Assembly: GCA_902590345.1 (NCBI GenBank)
Contig: CACIWK010000001.1
Coordinates: 40,341-104,340, forward strand
Length of the DNA stretch: 64,000 nt
DNA from: an uncultured Pelagibacteraceae bacterium
GTDB lineage: Bacteria > Pseudomonadota > Alphaproteobacteria > Pelagibacterales > AG-422-B15
Direction of reading: 5' to 3'
In this document: positions 19,985-30,049 of the stretch, in pieces
How positions within the stretch are numbered: the first letter of the stretch is position 1
Layout of the letters: every line of letters starts with the position of its first letter
Translations under genes and position numbers: made by a program
The notes under the pieces: model-generated
Told to the model about the DNA's origin: nothing
Seen by the model: only the letters and a program-made list of their open reading frames with translations
The model's database searches: none

Positions 19985-20788
19985 TTAATTTTCTAATAAT
20001 AATTGTGGATCAACATAAGTATTAAAAACCATCACACCCCAATGTAGATGCGGTCCGGTTGACCTGCCTGTTGATCCTACTTTGCCTATTATATCTTTTT
20101 TGCTAACTTTTTGGTTCACTGCAACATTTACGGAAGACAAATGGGCATAAATAGATTTTACTCCATGACCATGATCAATGATTATTGTGCCTCCGGTATA
20201 ATATAAATCGCTCTCAGCATGAATGACTATTCCTTCATTACAAGACATTACTGGTGTTCCTTCATCAGCAGCAATATCAATACCCTTATGTGGGCTTTTT
20301 GCTTTACCATTAAGAATTCTCTGGCTGCCAAAAACTCCACTGATAATTCCATTAGTAGGTTGAATAAATTCTTCCTTAAAATATGTCAAATCCATGTTTA
20401 ATTTCTTCGCTTCTTTTATTACTTCATTTTCAGAAATAATTCGCTTTATGATATCATCATCAAGAGGTGTAACCATCTGTTCAGGTAGACCATCAATTCT
20501 TTGAATATCATAATCTTTTTTTTCGATAGATATTTGGTGGATTAAGAAGATTCCATCACTGTTGCTGTACGTAACATTTATTGGCTCTATCTGCTCTCGA
20601 GATATTGGGAAAACATAGTATCCATCATGACTGATTTTAATCGGCTCTCCATCAACAAAGATTTCATTTGCTTCATTGTTTTGACCTATAACAAGACTTC
20701 CTTGTGGAAAACTTTTAGAAAGTTCAGATGAAAACGCACATACGTTAAAATAAAATAAGAGAAGAAAAACTCTATTTATTAAGACCAT
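19985..20788 (-). CDS. M23 family metallopeptidase (secreted)
   Basis: Signal peptide, then HKGIDIAADEGTPV and GSTGRSTGPHLHW (HxxxD and HxH zinc ligands). Confidence 0.85.
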   Translation of the reverse strand: MVLINRVFLLLFYFNVCAFSSELSKSFPQGSLVIGQNNEANEIFVDGEPIKISHDGYYVFPISREQIEPINVTYSNSDGIFLIHQISIEKKDYDIQRIDGLPEQMVTPLDDDIIKRIISENEVIKEAKKLNMDLTYFKEEFIQPTNGIISGVFGSQRILNGKAKSPHKGIDIAADEGTPVMSCNEGIVIHAESDLYYTGGTIIIDHGHGVKSIYAHLSSVNVAVNQKVSKKDIIGKVGSTGRSTGPHLHWGVMVFNTYVDPQLLLEN

Positions 20789-20981
20789 TAAGTTCTTTAT
20801 ATCTGTTTAATGCCACTTCAGGTGATGCATAGACTTCTTGAAGCTCTACGTTCCAATATTTAAGATTTTCAAGTGTAATCTTTTCTCCAGTTATTGAACA
20901 TTCCACAAAATCACCAGGAGTCTTAACTTGGAAATGACCATGATTAAGAATAATTTCAGCTTTTGTACCAACATTATTCAT
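20772..20981 (-). CDS. DUF2093-like small conserved protein
   Basis: 69 aa. GHFQVKTPGDFVECSITGEKITLENLKYWNVELQEVY matches what I recall of the alphaproteobacterial DUF2093 pattern. It overlaps both neighbouring genes. Confidence 0.55.
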   Translation of the reverse strand: MNNVGTKAEIILNHGHFQVKTPGDFVECSITGEKITLENLKYWNVELQEVYASPEVALNRYKELNGLNK

Positions 20982-22278
20982 CTTTAATTTCCTTCACTTC
21001 AGCAGAAATTTTTGCAAAGCTTGTTTCAATAATTATATCTGTATCGTGTTCCATATCTTTTTTTGACTTTATAACTTTATTTTTTAAGTTTTTTGTAACA
21101 GAATAACCTCGATTTAAGACTGACTTATAGCTCATACTTTCTAATAACTTTTCATTATAATTAATTTGATTGCGCATATTTTCTACAAATAAGTTTGTAG
21201 AGCTATTTAATTTATCAAATTTTGAAATCAGTTTTTGTTGAAAATTATTTACTTGTTCCTCTAAAATACGATAGTTTAGCGACTGAGTAATTTCTTTAAA
21301 TTCTGATAACAGGCTTTTTATAAATAATTTTAAAGAGACTGGCAACTTATCACTTATATTTTTAAATGAACTTAATTTATTTTCTAAATTACTATTAATT
21401 GAGTCGCGAAGGTCTTTTTGAAAGTCTTTTAAATTGATTAAAAGCTCATCTTTATTAGGTGTGCACAACTCTGCTGCTGCGGTTGGAGTTGGCGCTCTGA
21501 GATCAGATACAAAATCAATAAGTGTCGTATCTGTTTCATGTCCAACAGCTGATAAAACAGGTATTTCACTAGCGAATACTGCTCTTACAACAATTTCCTC
21601 ATTAAATGCCCAGAGATCTTCTATGCTCCCCCCACCTCGGGCAACAATAATTAAGTCTGGAACTTTTAATTCGCTATCTTTAAGAGAATTGTTAAATCCA
21701 TTTAAAGCATCTGCTATTAAATGCGCAGTATCATCACCTTGTACAGGAACTGGCCAAAGAATAACATCGCACGGAAACCTATCTTCAAGTCTATGAATAA
21801 TATCTTTTATAACTGCTCCTGTGGGTGAAGTAATAATACCAATTGTTTCGGGATATAATGGAAGAGGCTTTTTGTGGTCTTGATCAAAAATACCTTCTGA
21901 CATTAATTTTTTCTTTCTTTGTTCAAGCAATGCCATTAGTGCACCCTCTCCCGCTGGTACAATTGAATCTATAATAATAGAATAGTCCGATCTTCCAGGG
22001 TATCTATCAGAATACCCAGTTGTAAGTCTCCCAGAGCAAATTACTTCAAGGCCTTCATCTGGCATAAAGCTTAGTTTTGCAACAGTGCTTCTCCATACAA
22101 TCGCTTTTATAATTGCATTTTCATCTTTAAGGTTAAGATATACATGGCCAGATGCTGGCTTGCTTAAACCAGATACTTCTCCACGAACTTTCACATAGCC
22201 AAAGTTATCCTCAAGGGTCTCTTTAATTGAGGCTGAAATTTCAGTAACTGTATATTCTTTGATGTTGTCTCTTACCAT
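20974..22278 (-). CDS. xseA: Exodeoxyribonuclease VII large subunit
   Basis: 434 aa. N-terminal OB fold (VKVRGEVSG..HVYLNLKD), catalytic core (ARGGGSIEDLWAFN, GHETD), and coiled-coil C-terminus. Confidence 0.85.
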   Translation of the reverse strand: MVRDNIKEYTVTEISASIKETLEDNFGYVKVRGEVSGLSKPASGHVYLNLKDENAIIKAIVWRSTVAKLSFMPDEGLEVICSGRLTTGYSDRYPGRSDYSIIIDSIVPAGEGALMALLEQRKKKLMSEGIFDQDHKKPLPLYPETIGIITSPTGAVIKDIIHRLEDRFPCDVILWPVPVQGDDTAHLIADALNGFNNSLKDSELKVPDLIIVARGGGSIEDLWAFNEEIVVRAVFASEIPVLSAVGHETDTTLIDFVSDLRAPTPTAAAELCTPNKDELLINLKDFQKDLRDSINSNLENKLSSFKNISDKLPVSLKLFIKSLLSEFKEITQSLNYRILEEQVNNFQQKLISKFDKLNSSTNLFVENMRNQINYNEKLLESMSYKSVLNRGYSVTKNLKNKVIKSKKDMEHDTDIIIETSFAKISAEVKEIKDE

Positions 22279-22330
22279 TTAATTTAAATATTAATGTGCT
22301 AATATAACAAGAAAATCAAAAATATACTTT

Positions 22331-23593
22331 ATGAAAATTTTAGTGATTGGCAGTGGGGCTCGTGAGCATGCGTTATGTTATTTAATATCTAAGAGCTCTC
22401 TGGTTTCATCTATTTATGCAATACCTGGAAACTACGGAATAAGTCAACTTGCTGAATGCGAACAAATTGATCAAACAGATTTTGAGAAAATATACAACTT
22501 CTGTAAAAGTAAAATGATAGAATTAGTCATTGTCGGCCCTGAAGTGCCATTGGTTGCAGGGATTGTTGATTTTTTTAAAGAGACAGAAATAAAAATTTTT
22601 GGACCTGATAAGTATGCATCGCAGTTAGAAGGGTCTAAAGGCTTTATGAAAGATCTTTGTAAACAAAATGGAATACCAACAGCTGATTATGCTCGATTTG
22701 ATAATAAAGAAGAAGCTATAAACTATTTTAATGCACAGTCTTTACCTATTGTAATTAAAGCTGATGGTCTAGCGGCCGGGAAAGGCGTTACTGTTGCGGA
22801 CACAAAGAAAATGGCAGAACAAGCAATAAATGACATTTTTGATGAGAAGTTTGGGGCAAATATGGATGTAGTTATTGAAGAATTTATGGATGGTGAAGAA
22901 GCGAGTTATTTTGTTTGTTGTGATGGTGAAGATTTTGTTTCATTAGAAAGTGCCCAAGATCATAAAAGAATTGGTGAAAATGATACAGGGCCTAACACTG
23001 GAGGAATGGGGGCATATTCACCTGCACCAATTTTTACACCTAAAATAAAAGAACAAGTAGACAGAGAAATTATTACACCCACTCTAAAGGCCCTTAAAAA
23101 AAATGGACATCCTTATAAAGGTATTCTCTATGCTGGATTAATGATTAAAGATGGTTATGCCCGATTGGTTGAATATAATATTAGATTTGGTGATCCAGAG
23201 TGTCAGGTATTAATGCTTAGAATGAAAAATGATTTAATTAAATTAATTCTTGATTGCTTGGAAGGCAGTCTGAGTAAAACTAAATTGGAATGGGAAGATG
23301 ATAATAGTGCTACAGTAGTTGTGGCGGCAAAAGGTTATCCAGGTGACTATAAAAAAAATACCAAGATTATTGGCTATGAAAATTTTGAGAGTAATGATCT
23401 ATTTCAAGTATTCCACGCAGGAACAAAACATGATGGAAATAACCTTCTAGCGAACGGAGGTAGAGTTCTTTCCGTAACAGCAAAAAATAAAAATCTAAGA
23501 GATGCTCTTAACATGATTTATGCTTACATCGGTCAGCTGGATTGGCCAGATGGTTATTACAGAAAAGATATAGGAAAAAAGGCAATTAAATGA
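22331..23593 (+). CDS. purD: Phosphoribosylamine-glycine ligase
   Basis: 420 aa. MKILVIGSGAREHAL, ATP-grasp core IKADGLAAGKGV, and GGMGAYSPAP. Confidence 0.9.
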   Translation: MKILVIGSGAREHALCYLISKSSLVSSIYAIPGNYGISQLAECEQIDQTDFEKIYNFCKSKMIELVIVGPEVPLVAGIVDFFKETEIKIFGPDKYASQLEGSKGFMKDLCKQNGIPTADYARFDNKEEAINYFNAQSLPIVIKADGLAAGKGVTVADTKKMAEQAINDIFDEKFGANMDVVIEEFMDGEEASYFVCCDGEDFVSLESAQDHKRIGENDTGPNTGGMGAYSPAPIFTPKIKEQVDREIITPTLKALKKNGHPYKGILYAGLMIKDGYARLVEYNIRFGDPECQVLMLRMKNDLIKLILDCLEGSLSKTKLEWEDDNSATVVVAAKGYPGDYKKNTKIIGYENFESNDLFQVFHAGTKHDGNNLLANGGRVLSVTAKNKNLRDALNMIYAYIGQLDWPDGYYRKDIGKKAIK

Positions 23594-24657
23594 CTACTCG
23601 TGATGAAATATTTTCTGGTACTAAAGAGGTTGATGAAAAGTTAGTTTTTAATAGCGATAATCTCAATGATTACTTAAAAAAAATAATTGGAAGTGAGTTT
23701 GATATTGTAAGTATAAAGCAATTTAAAGGCGGGCAATCCAATCCTACTTATTTGATTGAGGATAAAACAAAACACTATGTGTTAAGGCGTAAACCTCCTG
23801 GTAAATTACTAAAATCTGCACATGCGGTAGATAGAGAATATAAAGTCATTACTGCACTTGGGAAGACTGATGTGCCAGTTCCTGAAACTTATTGTTTTTG
23901 TGAAGATGAAAACGTCATTGGAACACAATTTTTTTTAATGGATCATGTTGATGGAAACATATACTGGGAACTTTTATTGCCAGACTCAGATAACAATCAA
24001 CGCCGTGAAATTTACCTATCTATGAATGATACGATTGCAAAACTTCACAACGTTGATTTTCAAAAAATTGGGCTAGGTGATTATGGAAAACACGAAAATT
24101 ACATGGCAAGACAAATTCATCGTTGGACCAAACAGTATAAAGACTCTGAAACACAAAAAATCAATGAAATGGATAATTTAATAGAATGGTTGCCAATAAA
24201 TATTCCTGAAGATAATGAAACTACAATTGTACATGGAGACTTTCGTCTTGATAATATGATATTTGATAAACAAAATAATAAAGTTATGGCTATACTTGAT
24301 TGGGAGCTATCTACACTCGGCAATCCTATAGCGGATTTTACTTATCACATGATGTCATGGCGACTGCCTGCTGCAGCAAAGGGTCTTGGAATGATGGGAT
24401 CAAACTTAGAAGAGCTTAATATTCCCTCTGAACATGAGTACGCTGAAATGTATTACAAAAAAACAGGCAGAAGTAAAATTGAAAACTGGGATTTTTATAT
24501 GGCTTATAACATTTTCCGCTTGGCTGGCATTGCGCAAGGAATTGTTGGTAGAGTTAGAGATGGGACAGCCTCTAGTTCAGAGGCTAAAAACTATGAGAGC
24601 TTTGTTCCAATATTAGGAAAATTAGGCTGGAATATTGTGGAAGAGGCAGCAAAATAG
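23590..24657 (+). CDS. Phosphotransferase (APH/ChoK-like kinase fold), ACAD10/11 N-terminal-domain type
   Basis: 355 aa. Motifs GGQSNPTY, catalytic HGDFRLDNMIF, and ILDWELS. Confidence 0.75.
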   Translation: MTTRDEIFSGTKEVDEKLVFNSDNLNDYLKKIIGSEFDIVSIKQFKGGQSNPTYLIEDKTKHYVLRRKPPGKLLKSAHAVDREYKVITALGKTDVPVPETYCFCEDENVIGTQFFLMDHVDGNIYWELLLPDSDNNQRREIYLSMNDTIAKLHNVDFQKIGLGDYGKHENYMARQIHRWTKQYKDSETQKINEMDNLIEWLPINIPEDNETTIVHGDFRLDNMIFDKQNNKVMAILDWELSTLGNPIADFTYHMMSWRLPAAAKGLGMMGSNLEELNIPSEHEYAEMYYKKTGRSKIENWDFYMAYNIFRLAGIAQGIVGRVRDGTASSSEAKNYESFVPILGKLGWNIVEEAAK

Positions 24658-24662
24658 TTAAT

Positions 24663-25901
24663 ATGACAGAGCTGGATATAGATTTTGTAAGAGAACAATT
24701 CCCTGTTTTTCAAAACCCTAAAACTTCAAACTTTGCATTTTTTGAGAATGCTGGTGGTACATATGTGCCAAAACAGGTTATTGAAAAGTTAAATGATTTT
24801 ATGACGACTAAAAAAGTACAGCCGTATGGCGACTTCGGTCCGTCGATTGAAGCAGGTAACGAAATGGATAATAGCATAAGCAAAATTGCTGAACTCCTAA
24901 ATATCAATAATGATGAATTTATGATTGGACCATCTACAACAATGAATATGTTTTTACTATCTAATGCTGTGAGATCGTGGCTTAACGATGGGGATGAAAT
25001 CATAGTCACAAATCAAGATCATGAAGCAAATATTGGTGCATGGAGAAAATTATCAGAACACGGTATCAAAATAAATGAATGGAAGTTTAACCCTCACTCT
25101 GCTGAACTGGAATTGGATGAATTAAAAAATCTTATAACAGAAAAAACAAAATTTATCTGTGTCTGTCATACTTCTAATGTTGTTGCATCAATTAATAATC
25201 TAAAAGATATCATTACATTGGCGCATCAGAATAATATCAAAGTTGTTGGAGACGGTGTAGCTTACATGGCACATGATATTGCGGATTTAAAAGATCTCGA
25301 TATAGATTTCTATGGTTTTAGCTTATACAAAACTTATGGACCACATTTAGCGCTATTATATGGTAAGAGAGATTTATTGCTTGAAACAAAAAATCTTAAT
25401 CATGAATTCTTGGAAGGAAGTGTTCCATATACTCTTAATCCAGGTGGTCCTAATCATGAGGAACTTGGATGTTTGTCAGGTATAACTGACTACTACGAAA
25501 CTTTATATGGTCATCATTTTGGCGAAAATAATTTAAATCTTCATCGTAAAGGTAAAAAAGTTTTTGAATTGATATCCAAACATGAAGAGGTGTTAATGAA
25601 AGAACTGATTGAATTCCTCAAAACAAAAAAAAATATAAGAATGATTGGCAAGCAAACACACGCTAGATGTGATCGTATGCCAACTGTATCATTCACTGTT
25701 AAAGATAAAAGCTCTTTGCATGTAGCCCAGGAGGCTGGAAGAAATAATATTGGCATTAGAAATGGTGAATTTTATGCTTGGAGATGTTTGCAGGGTTTGG
25801 GCATTGAGCCAAATGATGGGGTAGTTAGAGTCTCTATGGTTCATTACAATAGCATTGAAGAGGTAAGAAAATTAATAGGGTTTTTGGATAAAACTATTTA
25901 G
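24663..25901 (+). CDS. Class V aminotransferase-fold PLP enzyme (cysteine desulfurase/SufS-like family)
   Basis: 412 aa. NQDHEAN and HTSNV, with the putative PLP lysine in FSLYKTYGP. Confidence 0.65.
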   Translation: MTELDIDFVREQFPVFQNPKTSNFAFFENAGGTYVPKQVIEKLNDFMTTKKVQPYGDFGPSIEAGNEMDNSISKIAELLNINNDEFMIGPSTTMNMFLLSNAVRSWLNDGDEIIVTNQDHEANIGAWRKLSEHGIKINEWKFNPHSAELELDELKNLITEKTKFICVCHTSNVVASINNLKDIITLAHQNNIKVVGDGVAYMAHDIADLKDLDIDFYGFSLYKTYGPHLALLYGKRDLLLETKNLNHEFLEGSVPYTLNPGGPNHEELGCLSGITDYYETLYGHHFGENNLNLHRKGKKVFELISKHEEVLMKELIEFLKTKKNIRMIGKQTHARCDRMPTVSFTVKDKSSLHVAQEAGRNNIGIRNGEFYAWRCLQGLGIEPNDGVVRVSMVHYNSIEEVRKLIGFLDKTI

Positions 25902-26061
25902 AGTTTTTTATATTTTTTTCTCGCTCTTTTCTCTGTCTTATTGACTCTTTCATCGAAATATCTTCCAGGTTGTGGTACTCATCCCAATAGCGATCAAATT
26001 CGTGTGACTTAACGTATCTTCCGTAATTATCTTTCTGGTAGGTTTTCTTCTTTTTTATCAA
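25894..26061 (-). CDS. Candidate 55-aa basic small protein (below the ORF-track cutoff)
   Basis: TTG at 26061-26059 lies 2 nt after the ACAD stop. The translation is (M)IKKKKTYQKDNYGRYVKSHEFDRYWDEYHNLEDISMKESIRQRKEREKNIKNSK. I recognise no family. Confidence 0.3.
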   Translation of the reverse strand: MIKKKKTYQKDNYGRYVKSHEFDRYWDEYHNLEDISMKESIRQRKEREKNIKNSK

Positions 26062-26063
26062 AA

Positions 26064-27269
26064 TTATAAGTATTTTTTTAATTCATTTCTTGCAATAGAA
26101 AGTCTATGCACTTCGTCTGGTCCATCCGCTAATCGCAGAGTTCTCATTCCTGCGTAAGCTTGTGCTAGGTGTGGGTCTGTTGTTACTCCAGCTCCTCCAA
26201 ACGCTTGAATTGCGTCATCAATAATTTTTAATGCCATATTTGGTGCAGCTACTTTAATCATGGCTATTTCATTTTTTGCAACTTTGTTTCCTACTTCATC
26301 CATCATAGTTGCGGCTTTTAATGTTAGTAGTCTAGTCATCTCAATATTAATTCTAGCATCAGCAATTCTCTCTTGCCAAACAGAGTGCCTTACCACTTCT
26401 TTGCCAAAAGCCTTTCTGCTCATTAGTCTTTTACACATTGCTTCAAGTGCAACTTCAGCAAGGCCAATAGTTCTCATACAATGGTGAATTCGTCCAGGTC
26501 CCAACCTACCCTGTGCAATTTCAAATCCTCTACCTTCGCCTAAAAGCATATTTTCTGGAGGAACTTTGACGTCTTTAAATTCAACCTCAGCATGTCCATG
26601 AGGAGCGTCGTCAAAACCAAAAACAGGCAAATGTCTCTTTATTTTGATACCCGGTGTGTCCTTATCAACCAGTATCATTGATTGTTGCTTATGTCTGTCA
26701 GGATTATCTGGGTCTGTTTTTCCCATGAAGATAAAAAATTGGCACCTTGGATCCATTGCACCAGAAGTCCACCATTTTGTTCCATTAAGGACATATTGAT
26801 TTCCTTCTTTTTTTATTTCACTTTCAATATTTGTTGCGTCTGATGAAGCGACTGCAGGCTCTGTCATGGCAAAAGCAGAGCGTATCTCACCTTCTAATAA
26901 TGGCTTTAAGTACTTTTCTTTTTGTTCATCTGTTCCATATCGAACTAAAACTTCCATATTACCGGTATCAGGAGCAGAACAATTGAAAACTTCCGCAGAC
27001 CACATTGCTCTCCCCATGATTTCACACATTGGCGCATACTCTGCGTTTGAAAGGCCGTGCCCATAGTCACTTTCAGGTAAAAATAAATTCCATAGGTCTT
27101 CTTTTTTTGCTTCCTTTTTAAGATCTTCAATCACCGGCACCACCTGCCATCTGTCAGCTCCAAAATTTTCGATCTGACTATGATATGTTTCGTTGTTTGG
27201 ATAAACGTGCTTATCCATAAAATTATTCAATCTATCCGTAGTTTCTTTTGCTTTTGGCGATATGTTCAT
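26064..27269 (-). CDS. Acyl-CoA dehydrogenase, ACAD10/ACAD11 (FadE2-like) subfamily
   Basis: 401 aa. [16 protein letters not shown], and [12 protein letters not shown] (the WxSGAxDPRC motif of this subfamily), and [10 protein letters not shown]. Confidence 0.8.
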   Translation of the reverse strand: MNISPKAKETTDRLNNFMDKHVYPNNETYHSQIENFGADRWQVVPVIEDLKKEAKKEDLWNLFLPESDYGHGLSNAEYAPMCEIMGRAMWSAEVFNCSAPDTGNMEVLVRYGTDEQKEKYLKPLLEGEIRSAFAMTEPAVASSDATNIESEIKKEGNQYVLNGTKWWTSGAMDPRCQFFIFMGKTDPDNPDRHKQQSMILVDKDTPGIKIKRHLPVFGFDDAPHGHAEVEFKDVKVPPENMLLGEGRGFEIAQGRLGPGRIHHCMRTIGLAEVALEAMCKRLMSRKAFGKEVVRHSVWQERIADARINIEMTRLLTLKAATMMDEVGNKVAKNEIAMIKVAAPNMALKIIDDAIQAFGGAGVTTDPHLAQAYAGMRTLRLADGPDEVHRLSIARNELKKYL

Positions 27270-27718
27270 TATCTTTTACCTTTAAAAAAATTATTTATTA
27301 AGTTTTCACAGTCAGTTTTTGAGATATTATCATAAATTTCTGGCAAATGATTGCAATTTTTTGATATAAAAAAATTTAAGTTACCATTTATCGAACCATA
27401 TTTTAAATCATCTGCACCATAATACAACCTCTTAAGCTTAGCTTTTGATATAGCGCTGGCACACATAATACATGGCTCTAAAGTCACGTAAATATTACAA
27501 TCGACCAATCTATCAGAGTTAATCATTTCACACGCCTCTCTTATAGCGTTTAGTTCAGCATGACCTACCGGGTCTTTTCTGCTAACCACTGAATTATGGG
27601 ACCGGGCTAAAACTTTATCTTCCTTGTTAGTGATAACGCATCCAATTGGTATTTCTCCAATTTTTAAGCCTTTTTTTGCCTCCTCAATTGCCATTGCCAT
27701 GAATTTATTTTGTGTCAT
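27269..27718 (-). CDS. tadA: tRNA adenosine(34) deaminase
   Basis: 149 aa. The zinc motifs HAE (GHAELNAI) and PCIMCASA are present. Confidence 0.85.
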   Translation of the reverse strand: MTQNKFMAMAIEEAKKGLKIGEIPIGCVITNKEDKVLARSHNSVVSRKDPVGHAELNAIREACEMINSDRLVDCNIYVTLEPCIMCASAISKAKLKRLYYGADDLKYGSINGNLNFFISKNCNHLPEIYDNISKTDCENLINNFFKGKR

Positions 27719-27750
27719 AAATATTTAATTAATATAAGCAATCCTAATTC

Positions 27751-28461
27751 ATGCCTATTTTGAGACAACAAAAATTAGTAAGAATTAATAAATTATTAGC
27801 ACAGTCAACTAACTTTTCGAGAAGAGAAATAGATAAACTCATCAATGAGCAAAGAGTTGTTGTTGATAACGAATTGGTGACAAAACAAGGAGTTCAAATA
27901 AGTATCAACAGTATTGTAAAAATAGACAATAAACCTATTAACCTAAAATCTGATCAGCAATTAAATGATATATATATTTTCAACAAACCAAGAGGATGCT
28001 TGGTAACAAAATCAGATCCAAAAAATCGCAAAACTATTTATGAATATATACCTAAACAAAATCATAATTTAATTTCAATTGGACGACTTGATTACAATTC
28101 AGAGGGGCTATTACTATTGACTAACAGCGGTAGCTTCAAAAGAAAGATGGAATTACCCAAAAATAATTTTGAAAGGGTTTATAAGGTAAAAATACAAGGC
28201 TTTATTGATAATAAATTTATTAATACCTTATTAAGGGGTTATACGTATAAAAAAGTTAAATATAAACCTATAAAAGCATCATTCATTAGCAAAACAAATA
28301 CTTACTCATGGATAAAAATGACACTTACTGAAGGTAAAAATAAAGAAATTAGAAATATTTTTGATTCTTTGAATATTACAGTCACAAGATTAATTAGAAT
28401 AACTTACGGGGAATTTAAGCTTGGAAGTTTGAAAAAAGGGGAAATAAAAAAAGTTACTTAA
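27751..28461 (+). CDS. Pseudouridine synthase, RsuA/RluB family, with N-terminal S4 domain
   Basis: 236 aa. Catalytic GRLDYNSEGLLLLTN, and S4-like N-terminus RINKLLAQS..SRREIDKLI. Confidence 0.8.
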   Translation: MPILRQQKLVRINKLLAQSTNFSRREIDKLINEQRVVVDNELVTKQGVQISINSIVKIDNKPINLKSDQQLNDIYIFNKPRGCLVTKSDPKNRKTIYEYIPKQNHNLISIGRLDYNSEGLLLLTNSGSFKRKMELPKNNFERVYKVKIQGFIDNKFINTLLRGYTYKKVKYKPIKASFISKTNTYSWIKMTLTEGKNKEIRNIFDSLNITVTRLIRITYGEFKLGSLKKGEIKKVT

Positions 28462-28462
28462 A

Positions 28463-29032
28463 ATGAGAATTATTAGCGGAGAAAAAAAAGGTCATTCAAT
28501 ATTTAGCTTTAAAAGTAAAGATGTAAGACCACTTTCAGACAAAAATAGGGAAACCATTTTTAATCTTTTAACGCATGGAAAAGAATTGGTAAAAATTAAC
28601 TTTAGTCTTGAAGAAGCAAAAGTAATTGATCTTTTCGCTGGCACTGGTTCATTTAGCTTTGAAGCTTTGTCACGTGGTGCTAAACACGCAACCATGGTAG
28701 AGAACAATCAGCAAATGATAGATATAATGTATAAAAGCGCAAACAAGCTGGGGTATTTAGAAAAGATAGCTGTTATATCTGAAAATGCTTGTTCATTTGA
28801 AGAGTATTCTGAAGCTACAAAGTTCAATCTTGCTTATATAGATCCACCGTATGGGAAAAATCTTGGACTCAGAGCAATTAAAAATATTATTAAAAAAAAC
28901 TTATTAGAAAAAGACAGTATAATCATCTTAGAGGAAGAAAAAAAATCTAAACACATTGAACTCTCAGAAATAATACTTTTACGTGAAAAAGAATTAGGTA
29001 ATTCTAAATTTAGTTTTTTTAAATTAATTTAA
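28463..29032 (+). CDS. rsmD: 16S rRNA (guanine966-N2)-methyltransferase
   Basis: 189 aa. MRIISGEKKG, SAM motif DLFAGTGSFSFEALSRGA, and DPPY. Confidence 0.8.
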   Translation: MRIISGEKKGHSIFSFKSKDVRPLSDKNRETIFNLLTHGKELVKINFSLEEAKVIDLFAGTGSFSFEALSRGAKHATMVENNQQMIDIMYKSANKLGYLEKIAVISENACSFEEYSEATKFNLAYIDPPYGKNLGLRAIKNIIKKNLLEKDSIIILEEEKKSKHIELSEIILLREKELGNSKFSFFKLI

Positions 29033-30049
29033 ATAACCCTTTTGAATATCAACTGCATCTTGAGTAAAGGGGTCAACTTCTAATAATTGAGCAAGATAGA
29101 TAACCCTTAACATTTCTGTTCCAAAAAAATGGCCAATCTTACTCATATCTTTATCTTTAAAAATATGTTTATTAGTATTCTCATTTATCTTTGATAACGA
29201 TTTACTCATGGCATCAAGATGATTTGAAAGTGTGATATTAATCATATTCATTTTTGAGTATTCCATACCCATAATTTCAAAAAAAATATTTTTGGGTCCA
29301 TCCAGATATAATTGTAAGAGACTGTGCTGGTCTTTTGGCATTTCAGATACTACAGGTAAAACACCTTTGGCCTTTTTACCCAATGACTCCGCATATAATT
29401 GTTTTCGCCAATTACCAATTTCAATAAGTTCATCACCATAAATCAAATAGGCAAATATATTCTTTCCATTTTTTATTCTTTTAAAATCTTCCTCAGCCAT
29501 ATTCTTTATTTGGTCTTTATCTTCTAATGCTTTTCTTCCTCCATTTAAAAACTCAGTGCACAGATCTTTATTAAAGTAAAAACTGGGGATAAGGCTATTA
29601 TTACTAAAAATTGAAAATCTGCCTCCAATTTCGTTGCTTAGTTCAATAGTTTTTATTGATTTTTGTATAGACAAGTCTCTTAGTGGAGAAGACACATTTT
29701 CTGTAAAAGAATAGAAATTTTTTGAAAAATCAATATTTCCATCTAGTTTTTTGATCATATATTCAAATATGGTTAACGTTTCAGATGTTTGTCCTGATTT
29801 TGATACGAAAATGAAACCAGTCTTATCTAGTTGAGTATTTTCTAACAATTCATTAATCTTAACAGAATTTAAATGATCAACATATTGAACACGTTTTTCA
29901 TTTAAAAAATGATTAATTGCTTTTGATCCCTGAGAAGAGCCACCTATACCGACTACTAAAATTTTATTAAAGCTTTGTTCCAGTATCCCTAACGATTCGG
30001 AATATGAGTTTTCAAGCTTATCAAAATCAAGAAATGGATAATTCATCAT
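29024..30049 (-). CDS. pgi: Short, divergent glucose-6-phosphate isomerase family (SIS) protein
   Basis: 341 aa. PGI blocks GIGGSSQGSKA, SKSGQTSET, GGRFSIFS, WRKQLYAESLGK and DQHSLLQLYLDG. The C-terminal block reads DPFTQDAVDIQK. Confidence 0.65.
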   Translation of the reverse strand: MMNYPFLDFDKLENSYSESLGILEQSFNKILVVGIGGSSQGSKAINHFLNEKRVQYVDHLNSVKINELLENTQLDKTGFIFVSKSGQTSETLTIFEYMIKKLDGNIDFSKNFYSFTENVSSPLRDLSIQKSIKTIELSNEIGGRFSIFSNNSLIPSFYFNKDLCTEFLNGGRKALEDKDQIKNMAEEDFKRIKNGKNIFAYLIYGDELIEIGNWRKQLYAESLGKKAKGVLPVVSEMPKDQHSLLQLYLDGPKNIFFEIMGMEYSKMNMINITLSNHLDAMSKSLSKINENTNKHIFKDKDMSKIGHFFGTEMLRVIYLAQLLEVDPFTQDAVDIQKGYLN

